From Oopsacas minuta (lineage: Eukaryota; Animalia; Porifera): a DNA stretch of 64,000 nucleotides. The notes under the pieces were generated by a model. The model saw only the letters and a program-made list of their open reading frames with translations. It had not been told where the DNA came from and searched no databases. The position numbers were made by a program, and so were the translations under genes. Shown in pieces: positions 10,860 through 20,828 of this stretch (its first letter is position 1; each line of letters starts with the position of its first letter). The stretch is from positions 62,001 through 126,000 of the forward strand of contig JAKMXF010000311.1 in NCBI GenBank assembly GCA_024704765.1. Direction: 5' to 3'.

Positions 10860-11254
10860 TATATGCTCGTGTTCTTAGTCTGAGTGAGGTGAATAAGTTT
10901 TGAAACATAAATGAGGCATTGATGAATAATCATAGAAGTCTTAATCGGATATAGTATAATATGTATTCTTTTCAGGAAAGGCAGAAGCAAAAATTTTGGC
11001 CTATGTAGTGCAAAAGTAGGTCAGTGAGAAATATTGCCAAGATTTTAGGGGTACGTCTTATCCGAGTTCTAAGGCACTAGGTGATTTCATAAAATAATTA
11101 CTTTCTCAATTTCATCCTCCCCATTTGGAAATGTCAGGCGCTGCCTATAGCAGTGACCCTCTCAACAGTGGTATAATTGATTCTCAAATGAGCCTGCATT
11201 ACACAAGCTTAGTAGGTTATTTTATCATAAATATTAGCATTTATATATACGTAT

Positions 11255-14011
11255 ATGGCAGCGAAACCAGTGAGAGAAGAATGGTATGAAATCTATGAAA
11301 CAAGGCCTATTGGCTATGGTATTATCGTTGCAAATAAATTTGAAAACACAGAACACGCTCGAAATGGTACTGCGGCAGAGATTGTATTAATGACAGAAAT
11401 ATTTACAAAGCTTGGCTTCGAACCAATAATTTTCGGAGAAGTCACAAAAGAAGAATTTATAGAGAAAATGAGGAATATTAGAAATGATGAGAAACTCAAT
11501 AAACACAATATTATAGCTTTAGCGATTTTCAGTCATGGTTATCGTGGTTATATCTATTTTCCGAAATTGCATGTAATTCAAGGTATACAAGGTTAGGATA
11601 AAACGTAATAACGATGGATATGTTTAATCTTATTAGTCAATACTGAATAATATAGGAGACTATTACTTTCCAGGGCGTGCTGGCTAAGGACGAGACAACG
11701 AGAACTCGTATTGGGCCCCCTGGCATCATAGCCCCCATAAATGTATCTTGCACTACTATATAGTGAATATTATTTAATCTGATGAGAATGCATGCTCCCT
11801 AGAGCTGTCAGAGAAAAATTTGCTCCTACGAACAATTTTCCATGGAATTTTGTTTATTTACAACCAATTAATCATTAAAATTTTGTCCAACGATAACAAT
11901 TTTCCAGGGAAACAAATTTCTCGTGAAAGATCAATATTTTAGCGTAGAGCCGTGAGATTTACCCAAACCATATCTTGCATCTGCGCCTGGACCCCTCAGA
12001 CTATGCTAGTTTGTTGTCCTTATGAAGGACCAGCACGCCCCTGATTACTTTTACAGTCAACTCCTGTTATCTCGAACATAGATATATCGAAATCGGCGTA
12101 TTACGAAGTATTATCCCGATCCCTTGAGCTTCGATATAATTGTAATTGACAGTATATTTATTACAACTCGTTAGAATTCGTAGCACCAGCTACTCAAGAA
12201 CAGATTGGACAGAGTCATGATTTACCTCAAAGTCAAAAATGTGGTTTGTTTAAACAATAATTCCTTACTATTTAGTGAAGTTTACTGATTTAATTTAATT
12301 TAGATCAGACGTGCGATTCTCTTTCAGTGGACAAAATAAAGAATTCTATTTCCTGCCCATCTATGAAAGGCAAGTTGAGGAGTACACAGTAGAAATCTGT
12401 TAGTACATACTCAGCTTAAGAAATATCACTTTTGTTTCCCAAGAGGGTTCTTATCCAAGTTCTACTACAATCACTACGGTATATTATAAATTTGTACTAT
12501 TTTAGATAAACCAAAACTCATCATCCTCAATGCTTGCAGAGGACCACAAGCAGATGCAGAATTATACTTGCCACCTACACATAAATTTATTCTGTACTCA
12601 ACTAAAGATGAAGTTTTATCGTCAAAGTAAGACCATAGGAATATTAAAGTAAATTTGGCATTTGTTATATCGATATATCGAGCATTGCCAATCTAGAATG
12701 AATTATCATTTCTCTTGCTCCGAAGTAAAATATATATAATTCCATAATTCATGCATAATATGCAGTAAACTCTCGTAATAAAGAATTGGTCGGGACCTCG
12801 AATTCATTTTATCGTAAGAAAAGTAAATCGATTCCTTTATAGCTATAGAGGATATAGAATCACTTCGGCATAACGAGAGTTTCGTCATATCCTCTTTTAG
12901 GTTCCAATATGGGTCTCATGGTGATATATCACCTTTCCTGAGAATGTTATATAAATCTGTCAGTGAACTCGGCTCTTATGATGATTTCAGAAAAATAGAT
13001 GAAAAGATAAACAAACATTATCAGGAATTACCTGAAATGAAACCGTATAAGTCAGAACAAGCTGAAATGGTAATAGAAGAGAAGGCAACATCACATAAAT
13101 TATGCCTGAAGACATATAGCTCTTTAGCAAATATGGACGAATTATTGAACAAAAGTGTACAAAAAGTTCAAATACAAAAAGAGAAAAAACAAATTATAAA
13201 AGAAATAAAATCTGTTACTAGTATTGCGTATAATCCAAAACAAAGTTGCTATTATATTTGTGACCTTCTACAATCAAAGCTATTCACAATCACTAAGAAT
13301 TTTGATGTTTCTCCATTGGAACTTGAACCTCCATTAAAATCACCAAGATATATAGAGTGCATTGACGCAGGAAGTAAATTGATCATTTCCCATGAATTGG
13401 GATTATCAATGGTGAAGTTAAGAGGAACAAAAATTGACAATAAGCATGAAAAACTTGGTAAAGATATTACATATATTTCTCCATGCATTGCCCAGGATAA
13501 AAAAGGAATTCTCTACATCCTTAATCGGTTTGGTAATGAAGAAAATCATCAACGACAAATTACCAGTTGGCACTTCACTGATAATAATAAATTTCATGAA
13601 GGTATAGTCGAACTTCGAATCGAACGAGAACACAATTACAGCCCAATAATAACAGATATGAATTTTAGAACAGACCATATCTTAATATTGGCATATCTCC
13701 CATCACCTTGTTTGTTGACATACATTATAAGTAAAGGATTGAACGAAATTAGCAAAGCATTTGTGCATCAATTCAAGATTGATCTCGAGCCTTGTTTCAT
13801 CGCATCAACTTCAAGTTATACTCTGTTATCATCACCAAAAACTGGTATTGTAAAATTGCCTCAACGAACGGAAAATCTCGTTGGGCAAAAGGGAATCAAG
13901 AATACAAATGCTGTATATATACATGAAGATGGTGATGCGATTATCACTGAAATAAATGGAAACGAATGTATTCTTCACAAGTGGAAAGGATTAGCAGATG
14001 TTGTAGATTAA
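11255..14011 (+). CDS. Caspase-family protease fused to a C-terminal six-bladed beta-propeller; 4 exons (11255-11591, 12304-12369, 12506-12626, 12901-14011), ~544 aa
   Basis: Spliced frame reads ARNGT...FSHG...CPSMKDKPKLIILNACRG...FILYSTKDEVLSSK...SPFLRML (p20+p10) then six NHL-like blades. Splice phases match (1,1,2); intron 2 has a consensus GC donor (AAAG|GCAAGT); total 1635 nt. The exon-1 donor and the true start are less certain. Confidence 0.8.
11670..12043. mobile_element. hAT-like MITE in caspase intron 1
   Basis: Near-perfect TIR CCAGGGCGTGCTGG...CCAGCACGCCCCTG and perfect 8-bp target duplication ATTACTTT (11662-11669 / 12044-12051). Confidence 0.85.
12054..12152. mobile_element. 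Short pogo/Tigger-like MITE
   Basis: TA|CAGTCAACT...TATCTCGAA and TTCGATATAA...AATTGACAG|TA imperfect TIRs. Confidence 0.55.
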
Positions 14012-15230
14012 AGATATAAACAAAATTACTTGTCATATACGTATGTGTATATGCAGTAGTATTTGATTTGGGTGTTTAGTTTGTGATTGTAATGTTATTC
14101 AAATTTGGATAATCCACCGCTCGCATCAAATTTACCTGGGACATGAACATTGTACATATTATAATTATAATCATTATTTACAATTTTCTCAGTAAAACTC
14201 AACTATACAATACATTTGCTAGCTAACTGGTGAATAGTAGTGAATTTATACCCGCAAACCCCCTTAAACACGCTTGAATTAAATACGTATTCGAAAGTAG
14301 AGTCATTGAAATTTGCATGAATTGGGCACTATGAATTGTGATTAAGTTATAGAAAATGAGATAATGATATTGAAATTCGGCCGGCCCAGATGCTAAGATG
14401 GGCATCATGTGGAGCTGAAACAAGTTTCTCATTATCAAGAACCTCAAAGTGTATATCTATTAGAAAATTATTATCATAGAATTTGTGGATATAAACATAT
14501 ATCAATGTTGGAAATTGTTAAATGACTGACATAAAACAAAACATAATCAAACTAAACAATTACATACGATTACATCTGTAACTACAAGGTTCAGTTTTAC
14601 TCAAGCAACTCCAAGATAATTGAGATCAATTCTTCATGATCTTGTAAGAAAATGTCATTTCGTGTATTTTAACTTAACATGAATACAGCTACAAACATGC
14701 ACATGTTTTCGATAGAATTTTACCAGTATAATTCATAGATTGAGGTTAGATTCAAAATATTCAAAAATTAGACCAAATTTTTTTGATGAAGTTTATTTTT
14801 AGGTCATCAATTTCTGATGCCTTTAGAAATAGCGCATCAATTTCTATGACTATTCTATATACCCAAATTCGTCCAAATGGTGCAAAATTTCGGTAGGAAA
14901 ATGTGAATATCCTCCTGTATCTGTTGATCATTTTAGTAAAATGAATCGTATCCTGTATGAAATGACCATAAAAAAAACTCGAGGAACTTAATATTAGATA
15001 CGCATCTCGACGATCCTGGTATATTTACATACATTCAGGTCTTCCCGGACTAAGTTACATAATATTAACGAGAGTACTATAAATGACTCGAATATTCTTT
15101 CCCCCACATAAGAGAAGGTACATGTTTGATTATACTAACATATCATTGAAATATAATTATCTCGGAATGTAAACTATGTTATGATAATTAAATTGGAACG
15201 AGATCCTCACATGTAGGTAGGAAGACCAGT

Positions 15231-18200
15231 TTACTCTGGATTAGTGTGGGATTCATTGAAAAACTTGCAGCTGTTTTGGCTCACATGTCTACGAATATTA
15301 GCGGGCGTCTGAAACCGACTTTTACAACCACTACAAATGTTTTTTCCCTCATGGTGTAAAAAAGACTTCGCCACACATGTGCTCACCTGGATATGATTCT
15401 TGAATAAATTCCTATTCAGAAACTTCTCTTTGCAATGCAAGCAGGCATAGTGCTGAGTATCTGTAAGTAACTTGGGCCCATCTCTTTCCAAGTTTTCAAT
15501 CTGAGTACTTGGTTTCGCATATTTAGAATCCTTTGTGAAATTCCTATACTTTGGCGCTTTATGATTATTTGAATCAGTGGTAAGTGAGCATTGTTTCCTA
15601 CGATTATGTCTTAACAAAGCGTCCTTTGATGAAAGAGTAATTTGACAACGCTTACAAGTAAATGGTGAGCCCTTCAGTTTTGTCATGTATTTCACTAGGG
15701 AAGAGTTTAATTGAGAAGAGTTGGATGCGCAATCTCGATTCCTCACATGATTCTGAAGTGTAGAAATATACTTGAAAGATTTTGCACAATTATCACATGT
15801 ATAATTTGAGGCTGTAGCAAGCTTTGTTTTAATGGCTGAAACTAGTGTTTTTCTAGGTTTAAACTTGCCACATGTATTACTTATATGATAAAGCGCAGAT
15901 TTTTTAGAGTCAAATACCATGTTGCAGTGTGGACAGATTTGATACATATTTATTCCAGTATTCCTAAGATCACTAGGTAACCGACATGTAATATAGTTAA
16001 AGTGTCGCATTAGGTTTTTCCTAGATGAATATACTCGGCTACAACGAGGGCACGAATGTTCTTCCTTAGAAACCTCATCGCCTTCCTTATGTGAAGTCTC
16101 ATTTGGTGAGTCTTCGGGGTGGTCAAGATTCAGGTCATTATTTTCACTAACCAGATCATTGCTGTGGGATGAGCTGTGTTCGGTGACATCGTTGATTTCA
16201 AATTGTAGAGAATTGGAAGGCATTTTCTTTTGGATTATACAATAGCGAATATGCTCGTTGAGACAGAAAACTGTTTCGAATTCAAGATTGCAGTGTTCAC
16301 AGATATAATTTTCTGGGATATAATCACTGCTGTTAGGAACTCCTGAAGAACTGTGTAAATCACTAGTGACCTCATCCGTGTCAACTGACATAGAATTTGT
16401 AGGAAAATCTTTTTCAGATATAAAATGTATATTTCTGTGATAGCTATCCTCTTCGGATGATCCGCCAGGATCTGGGTAAAGTAGTGTATCCGCAATATCT
16501 GAGCTATTGTCAGTATAACTGGAAGAAATGTGTAATTGTGTATTGGGATCCTCCAGTTCAGTAGGTAAAGAATTTGAAAGATTTCTCTTTTGACATTTAA
16601 GATAGAGAATATGTTGCTTACAATTTCTCCTGCTCTTAAATTCTTTTTCGCAGTATGGGCACACAAGTTTCTTTAGACTACTCGCACCATAAGCAATCTT
16701 AGCTCTATCAATGGACAAAGAAAATTCAGATAAAACTTTCTGACATACACGATTGCGAACATGCTGATTGAGGTAAGCCTTCTTCTTAAATATCCTATGA
16801 CAGTTTGTACACATAGGTTCCTTTTGAAAAACATCATGATCATCCAAATCAATCGAGGAACTGTGCAAATTATCATTGACATAGTCTATATTACTAGTTG
16901 TAGAATTTGAAAGCAAATGTTTTAGACATACGCGGTTGAGAAGATGTTGATTAAGATAGCTCTTCCTCTTAAATATCCTATGACAATTTGCACACACAAT
17001 ATCGTTTTGGATAATATTGTTATCTTCCAAATCCTTCGAGGAATTGTTTAAATCTTCATTGACATCCTCTATATCACGAGTTAGAGAATTTGAAGATAGA
17101 TTCTTCTGACAGACACGATTGTGAATATGTTGTCTGAGAGACCTCCGACTCTTAAATATCCTATGACAGTTCGTGCAGACAGGATCGTTTTGAATAACCA
17201 AATCTCTCGAAGAAGTGTGCACATTACCATCGTCAATATCATTAATTAGAGGATTTGAAGACAAATTCTTTAGACATATACGATTGCGAATATGATTACC
17301 GAGAGATTTCTTACTCTTAAATACCACATTACAATTTGTGCATATGTGCACGTTCTGAATAATATTATCTTCATTATCGTCCAAATCTATCGAAGGATTG
17401 TGTAAATCATCATTGACATCGCCAATATCACTAGTTAGAGAATTTGGCGGCAAATGCTTTAAACATACACGATTAAGAATATGTTGATTGAGATAGGCTA
17501 CCCTTTTGAATACATTACTGCAGTGTGGACAGACACACTTCTCTGATATTTCACCGCTAGTGTCAGTATCTTTAGAAGAATCGAGTACATTACTATCTAC
17601 ATTGCTGATATCAATTGGTAGAGAATTGATTGTTGTCTCTTTTAGACATTTACGATGAAGATTATGCTGGTAGAGAGAGGATTTGGTCGTGAATACCCTA
17701 AAACAATGTTGGCATTTAATCTTTGGAACAAAAATCGTTTTTCTGAGATTTGGATAGTGTTTTTGAAGTTGATTAGCTCGCAAAATCTTCGAGTTGCGAA
17801 GTTTGTATTTCGTATTTACAGCACTGTTGGGTATATATATCTGAAAGTGGTGTCCAACACGTGCATATTCAATGTTATGTAAAGATTTCAAATGATCATG
17901 AATCAGATTCGAACGAAAAGACTTGAAATGACATTCATTACATAAATAATGTCTAGAATAATGAAATTGTTTATGTTGTACTAGTCCACGTTTACAACAA
18001 AATTTCAATGAGCAGGAAAGGCATGAAAAATGTACTCCTTTAACACTGTTCAAAAGATGGCATTTTAAATGTCGAATTGAACTAAACGTCATACAACAAT
18101 ATTCACATAAAAAAACTTCCATCTGTGCATGTATAGTTATGTGGTCCCGAATTTCAGATGTATCAGAGAGTTGGTCATGACAAATTTCGCAAAATAGTGT

Positions 18201-19103
18201 ACCAATATTTATATGTGCTCGTAGATGAGTAAGATAAGTTGATAGTGCCCCAAACGAGATAGTGCATAGACTGCATATAAATTGACGTTTTGAATCCTGA
18301 GAGATATCCATTTCAGAGTTAGATATCTGATGGTTCAGATTCAGTGAGGTTTGAGCAATTTGAGGAGAATTTGGTTTCACAAAGGAAAACTGAGGTTGTT
18401 CCTCAGGAAGTATACTTCTGATCATGCCAAATCCTCTTGTCATTTTAGAGGGCATATTGAATTGTAGATTTGAAATGTATCCCGATCGAAAGTTAGGAGT
18501 TAACACATATTTGCTGATTCTATCAATTTTGTGACGAGAGGTCTGTGTGCATGGTGGTATCTGAAAATCATTCGTATTTCTTCTAAAACCCAAGAAATCA
18601 TTCTCTAATGACTTAAATAATTTATCACCAGAGGGAGATGAGGTTTTCGAAATTTCAGGAATTTCATAATCATGAGATGATAAACATTCAGTATCTTGCG
18701 AAACCTGATAACCAGTATTTTTCTGAGGTGAGATGTGCAATTTAGACATATTGCTATTTAAGCATGGTGGAAAAACAGATTTATTGGGTTTTTTGTTGAA
18801 GGATGCATTCTCATACCCATAAACTACAACCTCTTGTGGCATAATAACAGGGTTTTTCGAATCCAGTGGTATATTTATAAAATCTTGCGATTCCTTGCCC
18901 TCAAGAAATGACTGTGGTTCAAGGATACTTTCGTTAAGCTGGTTTGTAGTACTAAGGGAGTGATTATAGGAGATACAGGAGTGGTATGAATCATCATCAG
19001 AAGCAGATATGAGTGAACGATCCTTAGAAAAAGATCGAAAATCTATTTCATCTTCGGTTTGTTCATGATCGGACCTCTTACGCTTTGCATTTCTCAAATC
19101 CAT
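15231..19103 (-). CDS. Multi-zinc-finger protein (4 C2H2 + 1 degenerate + 14 CCHC fingers), intronless, 1290 aa
   Basis: Long ORF with an N-terminal basic motif (KRKR), a C2H2 cluster, then repeated C-x2-C-x12-H-x5-C units, several within ~55-63-aa tandem repeats with acidic linkers. Confidence 0.9.
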   Translation of the reverse strand: MDLRNAKRKRSDHEQTEDEIDFRSFSKDRSLISASDDDSYHSCISYNHSLSTTNQLNESILEPQSFLEGKESQDFINIPLDSKNPVIMPQEVVVYGYENASFNKKPNKSVFPPCLNSNMSKLHISPQKNTGYQVSQDTECLSSHDYEIPEISKTSSPSGDKLFKSLENDFLGFRRNTNDFQIPPCTQTSRHKIDRISKYVLTPNFRSGYISNLQFNMPSKMTRGFGMIRSILPEEQPQFSFVKPNSPQIAQTSLNLNHQISNSEMDISQDSKRQFICSLCTISFGALSTYLTHLRAHINIGTLFCEICHDQLSDTSEIRDHITIHAQMEVFLCEYCCMTFSSIRHLKCHLLNSVKGVHFSCLSCSLKFCCKRGLVQHKQFHYSRHYLCNECHFKSFRSNLIHDHLKSLHNIEYARVGHHFQIYIPNSAVNTKYKLRNSKILRANQLQKHYPNLRKTIFVPKIKCQHCFRVFTTKSSLYQHNLHRKCLKETTINSLPIDISNVDSNVLDSSKDTDTSGEISEKCVCPHCSNVFKRVAYLNQHILNRVCLKHLPPNSLTSDIGDVNDDLHNPSIDLDDNEDNIIQNVHICTNCNVVFKSKKSLGNHIRNRICLKNLSSNPLINDIDDGNVHTSSRDLVIQNDPVCTNCHRIFKSRRSLRQHIHNRVCQKNLSSNSLTRDIEDVNEDLNNSSKDLEDNNIIQNDIVCANCHRIFKRKSYLNQHLLNRVCLKHLLSNSTTSNIDYVNDNLHSSSIDLDDHDVFQKEPMCTNCHRIFKKKAYLNQHVRNRVCQKVLSEFSLSIDRAKIAYGASSLKKLVCPYCEKEFKSRRNCKQHILYLKCQKRNLSNSLPTELEDPNTQLHISSSYTDNSSDIADTLLYPDPGGSSEEDSYHRNIHFISEKDFPTNSMSVDTDEVTSDLHSSSGVPNSSDYIPENYICEHCNLEFETVFCLNEHIRYCIIQKKMPSNSLQFEINDVTEHSSSHSNDLVSENNDLNLDHPEDSPNETSHKEGDEVSKEEHSCPRCSRVYSSRKNLMRHFNYITCRLPSDLRNTGINMYQICPHCNMVFDSKKSALYHISNTCGKFKPRKTLVSAIKTKLATASNYTCDNCAKSFKYISTLQNHVRNRDCASNSSQLNSSLVKYMTKLKGSPFTCKRCQITLSSKDALLRHNRRKQCSLTTDSNNHKAPKYRNFTKDSKYAKPSTQIENLERDGPKLLTDTQHYACLHCKEKFLNRNLFKNHIQVSTCVAKSFLHHEGKNICSGCKSRFQTPANIRRHVSQNSCKFFNESHTNPE

Positions 19104-20828
19104 GGTTATTAAGTTAGTAAAATTTGTTAATTATTTTGCTAGAGTAGATCTTGATGCTGTAGTACTAAATCGTATTTCTTTAAATTATGGGTAGAAGAGA
19201 AATGCTGATAAAGAAGATTTAAGATTTCTCCACTGATTGGCTAAGCCAAAATCAAATAGATGTGAAACCAAGAATATAGTGATTCAACTTCATGTGACAT
19301 ACATTATAATGTTCAGCATCAAATAGACATTATTCATTGAATACGAAAATGTTATCTCAACAAAGCTGAAACAAGAGAGGAATTCAATCCAAGATATAAA
19401 GATAAGAAAGCTTGGCGCCGAATGCATTTGACAAATCATATATCTTGACGTAAGTAGTGTCAAGTATCCAATAATAAAGTGCTAAGTTGGAGTATCCTTT
19501 CTAACCGAAAAAATAGGAAATCACCCATCAACAGTGGTATAGGTCCTGAGGAGTATATCCTCCGACTGAAAATGGGCCTGTAAATGCCATTCAAGGAGTG
19601 CTTATGATTAAATACTATATGTTCTTTTTTGAAATTTCAAATTTAACATACAGTTCATAAAATGTTTGAACTCATATTTTGGATGCTTGTCATATTAGGT
19701 GATTTTGGTCCCCCATAGTAGGTCTGACAGGACCATATACGGCGCCACCCCTCTCTATATGGTCCCTAACCGCTATCTATTGTTCCCCTGACCATTTATG
19801 GCGGCGCCATGGATGGCCGCATATTACCTCTGCTATAGTGTAATTTATTTTCTGGATGATTCTAATAGTGAAGACATGAACTATGGTATAGAATTGTGGT
19901 ATACAATGTATATGGAACAATCTCATAGAAATTTATAGTTTATACTGAACCTCAATAGTTTGCTGGGGCCAAAAATATTGCTGTGTTTCGTGCTTTGACC
20001 TAATATTTAACAAGTTGCACGATTGCTAGGGCAAAAGGTCGTAGGCCTGGCACGCTTTATTTTGTTCTGCCGCCATAAATGATCCGGACGGACGATACTG
20101 GCAGCCCCGGATGAGCCCCTTTCTTTTATTATATAAAAATTGCTCGTCATGATGTTTATTGTAGGTTTTACATGATTACTAATTATGGTTGAATGGGTCA
20201 CTAGGTCACATATTTTGAAATAACTTCAGAATTTTTATACTACAAGTATCATCAATGAAAAATCTAAATTGCAATTTGTGCCGACAGCAAGATGTATCAA
20301 TTAAATATAATGGTACTATTAATTGGAGGCACTATGTATATTGGGCCTAAATGTAGCCTTTTATATTGTTTTATATTGCCTATTTTTCTATATCCAGCCG
20401 ACAAGCAGTAGTGAAACTAGCATCATTTGACACTTTTTTTAGTTAATAGTACTAAGAAGAGAACAACTTTGAGCAGTAGTTTGTTTGTTTATAATAGAAA
20501 TAGAAATTACCTGATGATGCATGACGAGAATCTTTACAGCATAATTCTTAAGTGACATAGACTCATCTTTCAGTTTAGGTTTGCATTATTCTGATATTTA
20601 TGCAAACTTAAACTGACAGATCAGCTATGTCACTTAGCCAAACCCTGATAGTAGCTTGTAGGACTGATTCGTGGCAGGAAAAAACTTCCCATATCATTGC
20701 ACAAGTGGCCCAGTCTATATTAAGTAACATATACCCCAAAATAGAAAAGTATCCCGTTACATTGATATTAGGTATAAATATCAGCAGGGTATAGTAATCA
20801 AGTTAAGTAGTGTTTACAAGATTACATA

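Noticed and set aside
16740-17560. Regularly spaced ~180-bp repeats resembling an array
   Set aside because: They are the coding tandem repeats of the zinc-finger gene, not CRISPR or satellite DNA. No CRISPR array or prokaryotic operon features were seen in the window.
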